Shown in pieces: positions 56,608-64,000 of a stretch of DNA of 64,000 nucleotides; positions within the stretch are counted from its first letter, which is position 1; every line of letters begins with the position of its first letter. Location: NCBI GenBank assembly GCA_964016885.1, contig OZ024755.1:41230001-41294000 (forward strand), in the 5' to 3' direction. Origin of the DNA: Eledone cirrhosa. Taxonomy: Eukaryota. The position numbers were made by a program, and so were the translations under genes. The notes below the pieces were generated by a model, which saw only the letters and a list, made by a program, of their open reading frames with translations, did no database searches and had not been told where the DNA came from.

Positions 56608-56697
56608 TTAGATGTGTGTGTGTGTGGTTTTCGTGTGATGCAACTAGACAACCAACCAACTAACCAATAAACATCTCTCTTTCATATTATGTATAGA
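56043..56697 (-). mobile_element. Complete non-autonomous Helitron (655 bp)
   Basis: The minus strand begins A|TCTATACATAATATGAAAGAG followed by (TTGG)-like repeats. It ends with the GC hairpin CCCGG-GCGAAG-CCGGG (56055-56070), 8 nt, then CTAG|T. Insertion is between A and T with no TSD. Confidence 0.8.
56525..56600. repeat. (CT)n microsatellite inside the Helitron
   Basis: About 38 perfect CT units. Confidence 0.97.
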
Positions 56698-56767
56698 TTT
56701 TATCTATATGTTGATTCAGGTTCTTGCCCATAACTTCAATTTTTGTTTAACACTGTTTGTCCAGCCA

Positions 56768-57970
56768 TAAGATTTTGACCAAGGTGTTAGTGAAGAGGTT
56801 GGCGCTTGTCGACGAGGATTTGGTTGGGGAGCGCAAACTTGCATAATCCCAACCAAGTCCATACACGATAGCTTCCACCGCGTGCAATACACCACAGAGT
56901 TGGTAGGATGTAAACCTGGATTCGGTGGGGCTCTGATCAATTTAGATCAATCGAAAACTTTCGATAGGGTCGACCACCGATACCTGGAGGCTGTCCTCAA
57001 GGCAACTGGCTTCGTCCTGTCTTCAGAAGCCCGACCACTGAACTGCACTGCGGCATCTGCTCGGTGGTCAAGGTTAATGGCCACCTTTCAGAACCGTTTC
57101 AACTCTCCCGATCGGTCCGTCAACGGTGCCCTCTCTCCTCCCTTCTGTACATATTGACTCTTGAGCTTTTACTGCAGGAGCTGGAGCTGTTGCAGGATAT
57201 CCTGTTCGTACCGGGACCCGGAAAGGCTATTTCGGCTTATGTGGACGACATCACCGTGATGGTGTCGGACATGTCGGAAATCGAGGTGGCCGGCACTTCT
57301 TGGAGGAATATGAAATATTGATGAGAGCAAAACTAAACCCAGAAAAGTCAGTGGGCTTGCAACTCGGCACCTGGTGAGGCAAGTTCATGCCATCCAACAG
57401 CGTCATCAGGCAGACCGGTAAAGTTGTATTGGGTTTAGTTCGGACCAGACCTCCAGGTGGATAAGAACTAGGACGAGATTACGATCAGGGTAACCACACT
57501 CACCCAGAAATGGGCCGAGGGAAGCTGTCCAGATATGCTGTCTAAACGGTGAACATGTGTGCTCGCTGATTGTGAGACAGGCCTTCCGCAGCTCATCCCA
57601 TTGACTGAGCTGCGGTCCTGGGTCAAGAAGAGACCGAGACTGGGCGCCTGGCATCTGGACTGTTGCTAGGCGCTCACTGCCTTCTACCAAGCAGGCAATG
57701 CGGTCAGTGGAACTTCCACTCTCGAGTTCTACAGAGGATTAGTGGTGGGCAAGTGCGACGACGCACTCGGAGAGTCTCTGGGCGTCGACGAAGTCGAATT
57801 GACCAGTCTCTCCCGGAGGACTTTTAAGCCGGGAACTATGGATAATTTCCAGAAATCCCTCGCTTGGCAGTGCTACCGGGAGGGGGGGCACTGCCGGTTC
57901 AAGATAAGCTCTACAGGCACAGAAGTGCTGTCAGACGGAGCTCCCCGAAATGCACGCAGATGCGATGATT
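56768..57970 (+). mobile_element. Decayed L1/Tx1-clade LINE ORF2 fragment (reverse transcriptase plus C-terminal remnants)
   Basis: Frameshifted peptides KILTKVLVKRL, QTCIIPTKSIHDSFH, LINLDQSKTFDRVDHRYL, VKVNGHLSEPFQLSRSVRQRCPLSSLLY and AYVDDITV correspond to non-LTR RT motifs (DxxKAFDRV, QGCPLS, YxDD). Stops and frameshifts are present. Confidence 0.9.
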
Positions 57971-57988
57971 GATATATATATATTGTGA

Positions 57989-58105
57989 AGGCGTGTGGCT
58001 GAGTGGTTAGAGAATTGGATTCACAATTTTGAGGTTGTGAGTTCGTTTCCTGGACCAGGCGATGCGTTATGTCCTTGAGCAAGACACTTTATTTCACGTT
58101 GCTCC
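57989..58105 (+). mobile_element. tRNA-derived SINE 5' part (second family)
   Basis: A-box-like TGGCTGAGTGG and B-box-like GAGTTCGTTTCC, followed by GTCCTTGAGCAAGACACTTTATTTCACGTTGCTCC, a typical SINE central domain. Confidence 0.7.
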
Positions 58106-58349
58106 TTCTACCTGGAGTTGCGACCGATAGATAGTATTAGCAACTGGAAAGACCAACGGAAACATTGTTTCCTCGGTCCGATTTGACGAAAGTCGATCGT
58201 TAAAATATAAATACATAAACGGAGAAAGCTATTAGCGATACTCCGACCAATTTCCATCTCACTCAAAAAAACATTAGGAAATACCGGAGTATATTCCCAA
58301 TTATACGTTTGGGGTGCTAACTATATTGTATTGTGTGGATAATCGGCTG

Positions 58350-58380
<31 letters not shown>

Positions 58381-58740
58381 AGGCTTTCTCTGTTAATGTA
58401 TTAAATATTATATATATATATGCATGCATGTATGTGTGTATGTGTTTTTTTTCTCTCTCTTCTGGAGTTTATTATTACTAATCTTTGACGAGCGTGTTAT
58501 TCCCCCCCCCCCCCGGACATTAATTTCAATGGCTTACATTTTCTAATACGATAGTTTGCTTTCTACTTCTTGCCTTTTCTTTTCCTTTGTTTCATTCACG
58601 AGATGTTCGTGCTATTAAAATTACAACACTTTCTCCCTGACGTCACATAAAATTCTGTGTGTACTTGTTATAGCTTAATTGCTATAAGTTACTGTTTTGT
58701 CTTGTCTCTCACACCAATGGACAGGGCTTTGGCTTGTGCC

Positions 58741-58805
58741 AGATGCTGTGACCCCGGGTGGACCAGCAGTACCGTTGGTAGGGGTCGAAATACCAAAGTC
58801 CATCT
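58741..58805 (+). ncRNA. Decayed type-I hammerhead-like motif, probable Penelope-like pLTR remnant
   Basis: Stem I AGATG/CATCT; core CTGTGA (deleted relative to CUGANGA); stem II GACCCC/GGGGTC with inner CCAGC/GTTGG; GAAA; GTC triplet. Lies in a ~500-bp T-rich block flanked by (TA)n. Confidence 0.5.
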
Positions 58806-59061
58806 CAACAGCCAATGATCCTAGAGTCCTGTTTCTTTCGTTTGTATATTTAATTTTAAAAATTATTTTTTAAGGTTGCGTCTTTAAAAAATTATTTCTC
58901 GTTTTGGCTTGTTTTCATTCGTTGCCTTGTCATCTCTTTGTTAATTTCTCTAAGTTTATCATATATATATATATATACGTACATACTTACATATATGTGT
59001 ATATATATGTGTGTGTGTGTGTATATATTCATATACATATATAATATACTGTTACTTTCAG

Positions 59062-59216
59062 GGAAGGTGTACTGTCAACAGATTTGTATAAGACATCAGT
59101 AAAACGCAGCTGGCTCTCTAATGTGCAGTGTGCACCTAGTGCGAAGTATTTCCAAGAATGTTCAAGTAGTCCAGCTAATTCGTGTGCCAAGAAAATTGGT
59201 ATCAGATGCTTTGACT
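59062..59216 (+). CDS. Internal exon C, SRCR domain C-terminal half
   Basis: Splice sites ttactttcag|...T|gtgagt. 155 nt, phase 2 to 1: EGVLSTDLYKTSVKRSWLSNVQCAPSAKYFQECSSSPANSCAKKIGIRCFD. Contains the SRCR motifs WLxNVxC, xxEC and GxxC, and is in frame with exons B and D. Confidence 0.9.
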
Positions 59217-59379
59217 GTGAGTATGACCAAGATACAATCTGACAGACTCTTTAACTAATTTTTATCGTTTTAACATTTTCATAACGATATTTCTAATAAA
59301 AGACACTGCCTATTTCTGGTGTCAATGGCTTTGATATCAAAAGCGCTAAACCTTTGTTACCATGTTTTTAAGTATAACT

Positions 59380-59710
59380 TAAAACAATTCCGCAAGATTG
59401 GAACGTCGGCAGCCCGTCTGAGGAAGGATATCCGCGAGGTGGAGAAGCTTTTGCAACGGGTGTCGTTGGTCATTGTCCGCGGGAATGCTATTGCGGTCTT
59501 GTCCGCGAGGCGCAGCCACTTTACCACCGCGCCCTAGGCTTAGACCCCAATTATCCCCCCCCCCCATTCCTTGCCATTTCTTCCCGTTTTTTTCCTCTTT
59601 TTTCTTTCTATTTTCCTATTTTACATTCCATTCTTTCTTCTCAATCTAAATTTTCTTTTTTTCTTCCTCTATTAAACTGTAGTTACATGATATATACCAT
59701 AAATAAAATT
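59380..59710 (+). mobile_element. 3' fragment of a CRE-like (restriction-like endonuclease) non-LTR retrotransposon plus putative 3' UTR
   Basis: KIGTSAARLRKDIREVEKLLQRVSLVIVRGNAIAVLS resembles the C-terminal QRxSxAxQRGNA motif of CRE-clade elements. Stop at 59537, then a pyrimidine-rich tract and AATAAA. Boundaries are approximate. Confidence 0.6.
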
Positions 59711-59763
59711 AATTTATATGTTGTTAAATTATATTTTGATTTATAAATGCTGTGTATTATTTT

Positions 59764-59950
59764 GGTGGATTGGCAGTATCGGTAGAGGGTCGGACGCCAT
59801 GCTTTGAAGCATAGAGTTATGGCCCTTGCCATTCTGAGTTCAAATCCCGCCGAGGTTAACTTTGCCTTTCATCCTTACGGGGTCGATAAAATAAAGTACC
59901 AGTAATGCACTGGGTAATTGCAGGCCTTGTGCCAAAAGTAGAAACAATTA
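59764..59950 (+). mobile_element. Full-length tRNA-derived SINE
   Basis: A-box TGGCAGTATCGG, B-box GAGTTCAAATCCC, and core and 3' end shared with the copies at 54541, 54722 and 55708. Confidence 0.9.
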
Positions 59951-60149
59951 TTTTAATATTTTGTAAAAATTGTCAACAATTTGTAATGTTAAACAACTGA
60001 ATAAAAACTATAAATATTATATAAAATGATATAAAATTGTGATGGAAGGTTTTTAGATAAATATAAACAATTACAAACAATTTTGTATCATAGAACGAAG
60101 AGCAGTTTCAGACGGTTTGGTATAAAAATTGTTAATATGAGTACTACTC

Positions 60150-60312
60150 GGCTATCGTTGGTTCTCAGTCTGGAAAGACCATGCTTAATGCACCTGGAGT
60201 TATGTCTAGTCTCTGGCATCGTTGCTGTGACTGTGCAGCTGATGCGTGAGTAACAACCTTTGTTGCACTTGGTGCAGATAAATGTGGAATCCTGGGTTGA
60301 TAACTCAGTCAT
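60150..60312 (-). mobile_element. 3' end of an RTE-clade LINE
   Basis: Minus-strand STFICTKCNKGCYSRI, then after a 1-nt shift LHSHS. This resembles the RTE C-terminal CxxCxRxCxSRIGLxSH motif and is followed by a short 3' UTR. Confidence 0.6.
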
Positions 60313-60559
60313 ATATCAATCATATTCATAGTCTTGAGGGCTCTCAGGTGCACAGGATTAGGCACAACATCCCCCCTCTCTCTCCATTTCACACTATCTC
60401 CTCAACCTAACTCATCTTTTCCACTATTTTGCTTCCTGGCTATTCTTTGGTGGTGCCCAAGCATCCCTTTGGTGGTTTTTCAAAATCATTTTCTTGATGC
60501 TGTGTCCGTGCACGTCCATAAATGCAACGGGTAGGGCGCTATTGAATCGTGTTACAGTA

Positions 60560-60705
60560 GACGTAGCATGGCCGAATGGTTAAAACGTTGGTTTTGCAAT
60601 TATTAGATCTCCGGTTTTGATCCCACTACATGTCATCTTGGGCAGGTGTTATGTACGATAGTCTTGGCTTGACCCTTGTCAGTGAAATTGGAAAGACGAA
60701 ATTTC
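60560..60705 (+). mobile_element. Old degenerate tRNA-derived SINE
   Basis: A-box-like TGGCCGAATGG, degenerate B-box GGTTTTGATCCC, then CATCTTGGGCAGGTGT. Confidence 0.5.
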
Positions 60706-60931
60706 ATCGCTGGATTTTACCCAAAATTCAAACGTCCAGATTTGTCACATACTCTTTCACATTGAATCCCTCTGCCAACTTCGTTAAGAGTACACGTTTA
60801 TATGGGATGTTCACGTGTATGTGGGATGTTCAGAATGATCCAGGGATCAAACCCACATTACAATTGAGTGACCAACCTGTAATCAAATTATGTGTAATGC
60901 GCTTATCTTATTGTTGTTGTTGTTTTTCCAG

Positions 60932-61067
60932 TAAAGGTTAGACTGGCGTCTGGTTCTCACCCTAATATGGGAAGAGTGGAGGTTTTATTTAATGGATACT
61001 GGGGAGGAATTTGTTTTGCGAATGCTAAGAACATTGAACCGGTTTTGGCTCGAATGCTGGGTTATCA
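60932..61067 (+). CDS. Internal exon D, SRCR domain N-terminal half
   Basis: Splice sites ttgtttttccag|...CA|gtaagt. 136 nt, phase 1 to 2: KVRLASGSHPNMGRVEVLFNGYWGGICFANAKNIEPVLARMLGY. Contains the classic VRL..G....GRVEV...G.WG.IC signature. Confidence 0.92.
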
Positions 61068-61325
61068 GTAAGTAGCCGAATTATGCTTTCTTTTCGTTGT
61101 TTTTTGTTTGTCTTTTTAAGTCGGGGAAGAAATGACAGCACCTATAACTCTCTTCGGGGCCTCTAATAATCACTGTCAGAAAGGGAGGTGATTACTCTCA
61201 GTGTGGCAACAGACCTCACCAGAATATTTCCAACAGGGTGGACATCTGTCAATCAAAATCAGATTATTTCTACCAAATAAGTCAATCAATAAGCTTCCAA
61301 TCACTTTCTGTCAATTGAATTTCAG

Positions 61326-61385
61326 CTTGCCCAAGGTGTGACACGGTGGGGCCGAACCTGAAAATACGTAGTTACCAACAACATT
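61326..61385 (-). mobile_element. Short antisense SINE head remnant
   Basis: CTTGCCCAAGGTGTGACACGGTGGGGCCGAACC reverse-complements to a B-box-like GGTTCGGCCCC followed by CACCTTGGGCAAG, similar to the 60560 family. Confidence 0.45.
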
Positions 61386-61499
61386 CCCACCTCTGTTCTG
61401 TCCTACACCAAGATGGTGTAGGACAGAACAAAGGAAAGACACAAAATAAAAACCAATCACTGAGGCGTTCACAAATGTGTGACAAAAGATATTTGACAA

Positions 61500-62460
61500 T
61501 ATATTAAACAGTCGGTGGTGTTTATGGGTAGGTATGAAACATTGGTTCAGAGCCCGAAAGAACTTCCCGAGGAAGTTGGTCTGTATGTTCCATGGGTAAA
61601 TGGTATTGTACCACGTCACAAGTCTATTGCAGGACCTGCGATGGTTATGGCAGTTTACCGCCCTGGTGATTTCGATAGTATTCTTGTTGGAGGAGGGCGG
61701 GGCATGCGTAAGAGCACTTGGTTATTCATGGCCGTAGTGATGGTATGATTCAGACCAGGGTGTGTCTGGTATGTTGGGTGGTAATGCTGATGGTCGATCA
61801 TATAACTATAATCCACGTTCGTCACGCTCATAGGGAACTGTCGGTTAGAAGTCCTTTTGCGGGTTGGCGTACAGCTGTGGTGTAGAGAGGTGCCACAGGG
61901 TTCGGCCCCCGGGGTACCTGCAAGTCTGGTGCTATCTCTATGGCTTCCATCGTCGCCATGACCAGTTGGTCTGTTATTGTTATACATCTGTTATCTACCA
62001 GGGGACCTATCCAGATCATCTCTTCTGCTTTTGTCTCTATTGATACCCTCCCTTTTGTCTGTGGCCATGCTAGTGCTGCAGTGGTGGGTTCAAGGCATCT
62101 AGTCAGTCTAAGGGGATTGTATGTGGTGTTGGTATTTATTACGGTGGGTGCAGTGGGCGGGCATGACCTCTGTGGTAGCCGGTACTGCCTTTAGTACGTC
62201 GGCCAATATGCTCACCCACACCATCGGTGGTGGGCACAGTGGTTATGGCCAAGAGGTTGGGGTTTGGCGCACGAGAACTATCAACTCTGCAGCAGGTGAT
62301 ACGGTCCTTGTGACCAACCCTGACCACAATTTAACTTAGACCAAAGTCTCCAATGGAGGGCGAGGGGCGTATAAGCTCGACAAACAAATATAAGAGATTT
62401 GATCACTTTAACTATATTTTTATTGATAAGTCCCGTATGTTACTGACGAACAACTTCTTT
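61500..62460 (-). mobile_element. Penelope-like retroelement coding remnant (region between RT and GIY-YIG plus low-complexity linker)
   Basis: Minus-strand NRLVTWYNTIYPWNIQTNFLGKFFRALNQCFIPTHKHHRLFN (~61500-61630) resembles the PLE motif RxIxWFNPPxSxNVxTNIGKxFLxLxxKHFPxxHxLHKIFN. The upstream T/P/N-rich broken frames are assigned by position only. Confidence 0.65.
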
Positions 62461-62543
62461 TCTTTTTCTCTGTTTAATATATATATGTGTGTGTTTCCGA
62501 TCCTCCCTGCCCATCCATTCAATCTTTCTTATTTTTAATTCTT

Positions 62544-62579
62544 TCTTCTGATGAAGGACTAGCGTCCGAAACGTTAAGA
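62544..62579 (+). ncRNA. Minimal type-I hammerhead ribozyme (PLE type), intact core
   Basis: TCTT-CTGATGA-A-GGAC(TAGC)GTCC-GAA-ACGT-T-AAGA. Stem I is TCTT/AAGA, stem II is a 4-bp tetraloop hairpin, stem III is the loopless palindrome ACGT, and the predicted cut is after GUU (62575). Confidence 0.8.
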
Positions 62580-62660
62580 CCCTCTTCCTTCTATTTCAAG
62601 CATTAAACAAATTTATTCCTTCCATATACTGTACCGATTGTGTTGTTATTTCTGTTTACC

Positions 62661-62664
<4 letters not shown>

Positions 62665-62736
<72 letters not shown>
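62665..62736. repeat. Compound (AC)n(AT)n microsatellite
   Basis: Read directly from the sequence. Confidence 0.97.
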
Positions 62737-62739
<3 letters not shown>

Positions 62740-62759
62740 ACCATTTTATCAATTCATTA

Positions 62760-63468
62760 ATTATTTATAGCACAAATCCCCTTTAACGATGTCTAAACAG
62801 CTTACAAATAAGCCCCATCTCAACCTAGTATAACCTACCTCCCTTATGTCTCCCCTCCTTCCTTTCCACTCACTCTCCAGTGACAAACTGATGACCAGCA
62901 GAAACCCCCCTACCCCTAGTACAACACACCACTCATTCATGTCCCATCACACACGGCCCTACCACATCCACACCACACACTGCACCTCCGCCTCACCATG
63001 TTCACACCAACATGTCTATGACAAGCCAAAACACTACAACCCCACAACTCACATCAACCATCGCTCCCCACCATCACCTCGTCACTATACCCCCCCCCCC
63101 CCACCTATCACACATGCCAAAGCATTCCTCATAGCTAATCCACCAATCAAAACAACATAAATTGACCACCATATGAACGCGAAACTTTACAGACATTTCT
63201 ATGCTTTATATGTTCATTCTGGCATTACCACAGCAGAGGTCCGACGAGCTTTTGATTCCAGAGTCGGGTCAGATCGATACAGATCGAACCTTGGGCTGAT
63301 CAATAGCGAAACGCGCGTGACCAATCAATAAACGTAATGAAGGCTTAACAAATCATCCTTGTATTATTATATCACACTCTATTTAGCTCCACACCTCACC
63401 ACAGACGTGAACTTAAACATCCAGTGCTCACCTGGGTGAACCTACAGTAACTTCACGTTACACTCCCT

Positions 63469-63470
<2 letters not shown>
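62760..63470 (+). mobile_element. Probable Penelope-like 3' region/pLTR between (AT)n tracts
   Basis: A C/A-rich tract, a hammerhead-like motif and AATAAA (63327-63332), ending directly in (AT)n. Confidence 0.5.
63238..63322 (+). ncRNA. Variant or decayed type-I hammerhead with long stem II
   Basis: GGT-CCGACGA-GCTtTTGAT...ATCAAtAGC-GAA-ACGCGCGT-G-ACC. Stem I is GGT/ACC and stem III is palindromic. U4>C and H17=G deviate from consensus. Confidence 0.65.

Positions 63471-63552
<82 letters not shown>
63471..63552. repeat. (AT)n microsatellite
   Basis: About 41 perfect units. Confidence 0.97.
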
Positions 63553-63555
<3 letters not shown>

Positions 63556-63686
63556 TTGTGTATAATGGTAGCTATGGTGCTTGCATAGGCGGTATGCCAA
63601 AATTAGCACTCGATGTTCAGCAGAGTAGAGTGTAGTTAGTATAAAGAAAACGAAAAATCAGTGATGCATCTGGACTTAATTTATTG

Positions 63687-63777
63687 CGTGTTACAATTGT
63701 TTCGCCGGCAGGTAGCTCGAGTCATGGTCCTTGTATGGATCTGGCTGATTTTACTTCTGCGGGTTCTTTCAGACACG
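63687..63777 (-). ncRNA. Hammerhead-like motif, left arm of the palindrome
   Basis: Mirror copy of 63829-63919. Confidence 0.6.
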
Positions 63778-63828
63778 GGTATTTCGTTTGGAGCAAATTG
63801 TGATAAAATTTGCTCCAAACGAAATATC

Positions 63829-63919
63829 CGTGTCTGAAAGAACCTGCAGAAGTAGAATCAGCCAGATCCATACAAGGACCATGACTCGAGCTACCTGCCG
63901 GCGAAACAATTGTAACACG
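63829..63919 (+). ncRNA. Type-I hammerhead-like motif, right arm of the palindrome
   Basis: CGTGT-CTGAAAGA-[CC/GG, GCAG/CTGC, GTAG/CTAC, TCC/GGA extended stem II]-GAA-ACAATTGT-A-ACACG, then AATAAA at 63921. It has a 5-bp stem I, a palindromic stem III, a GUA triplet, and one extra A in the core. Confidence 0.65.
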
Positions 63920-64000
63920 CAATAAATTAAGTCCAGATGCATCACTGATTTTTCGTTTTCTTTATACTATATATATATATATATATATGCCATCATACGT

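Larger units (their letters stand above)
63637..63969. repeat. 333-bp near-perfect palindrome (163-bp arms, 7-nt spacer, 3 mismatches)
   Basis: 63637-63799 is the reverse complement of 63807-63969; the spacer is GTGATAA; the right end runs into (TA)n. Confidence 0.97.

Noticed and set aside
57989-58060. tRNA gene
   Set aside because: It has A and B boxes but no full cloverleaf and continues into a SINE body.
58110-58350. Possible DNA-transposon or MITE fragment
   Set aside because: No terminal inverted repeats or TSD could be identified by eye.
59236-59248. 13-nt match (AATCTGACAGACT) to the satellite minus strand just after exon C
   Set aside because: It is too short and does not extend, so chance cannot be excluded.
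62888-62905. CTGATGA-CCAGCA-GAAAC hammerhead-like boxes
   Set aside because: Stem II cannot pair, and no stem I or III partner is present.
62846-63160. 104-aa His/Pro/Thr-rich ORF
   Set aside because: It is a by-product of a C/A-rich low-complexity tract and has no domain features.
63722-63922. 66-aa ORF across the palindrome
   Set aside because: It is an incidental frame in an inverted repeat with no recognisable motif.

Overview
Eukaryotic genomic DNA; the repeat families look mollusc-like and probably octopod, which is an inference and was not checked. Bases 1-54240 are one uninterrupted array of about 1356 copies of a 40-bp monomer (CCAGTCTGTCAGATTCCATGGTGATCCCTGTTCTCTATGT). The array has layered variant domains and multi-kb block duplications, and its 3' edge preserves two 33-bp proto-monomers. 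The last ~9.7 kb holds four phase-compatible + strand exons of a divergent multi-SRCR (scavenger-receptor cysteine-rich) gene that the ORF track misses. The first visible exon starts mid-domain, so the satellite probably fills a giant (>54 kb) intron. The other introns contain tRNA-derived SINEs, a complete non-autonomous Helitron, and L1/Tx1, CRE, RTE and Penelope-like fragments. They also contain five type-I hammerhead-ribozyme-like motifs from four sequence families: one with an intact core, two decayed, and two forming the arms of a 333-bp near-perfect palindrome. All calls are by eye; no searches or folding were run.
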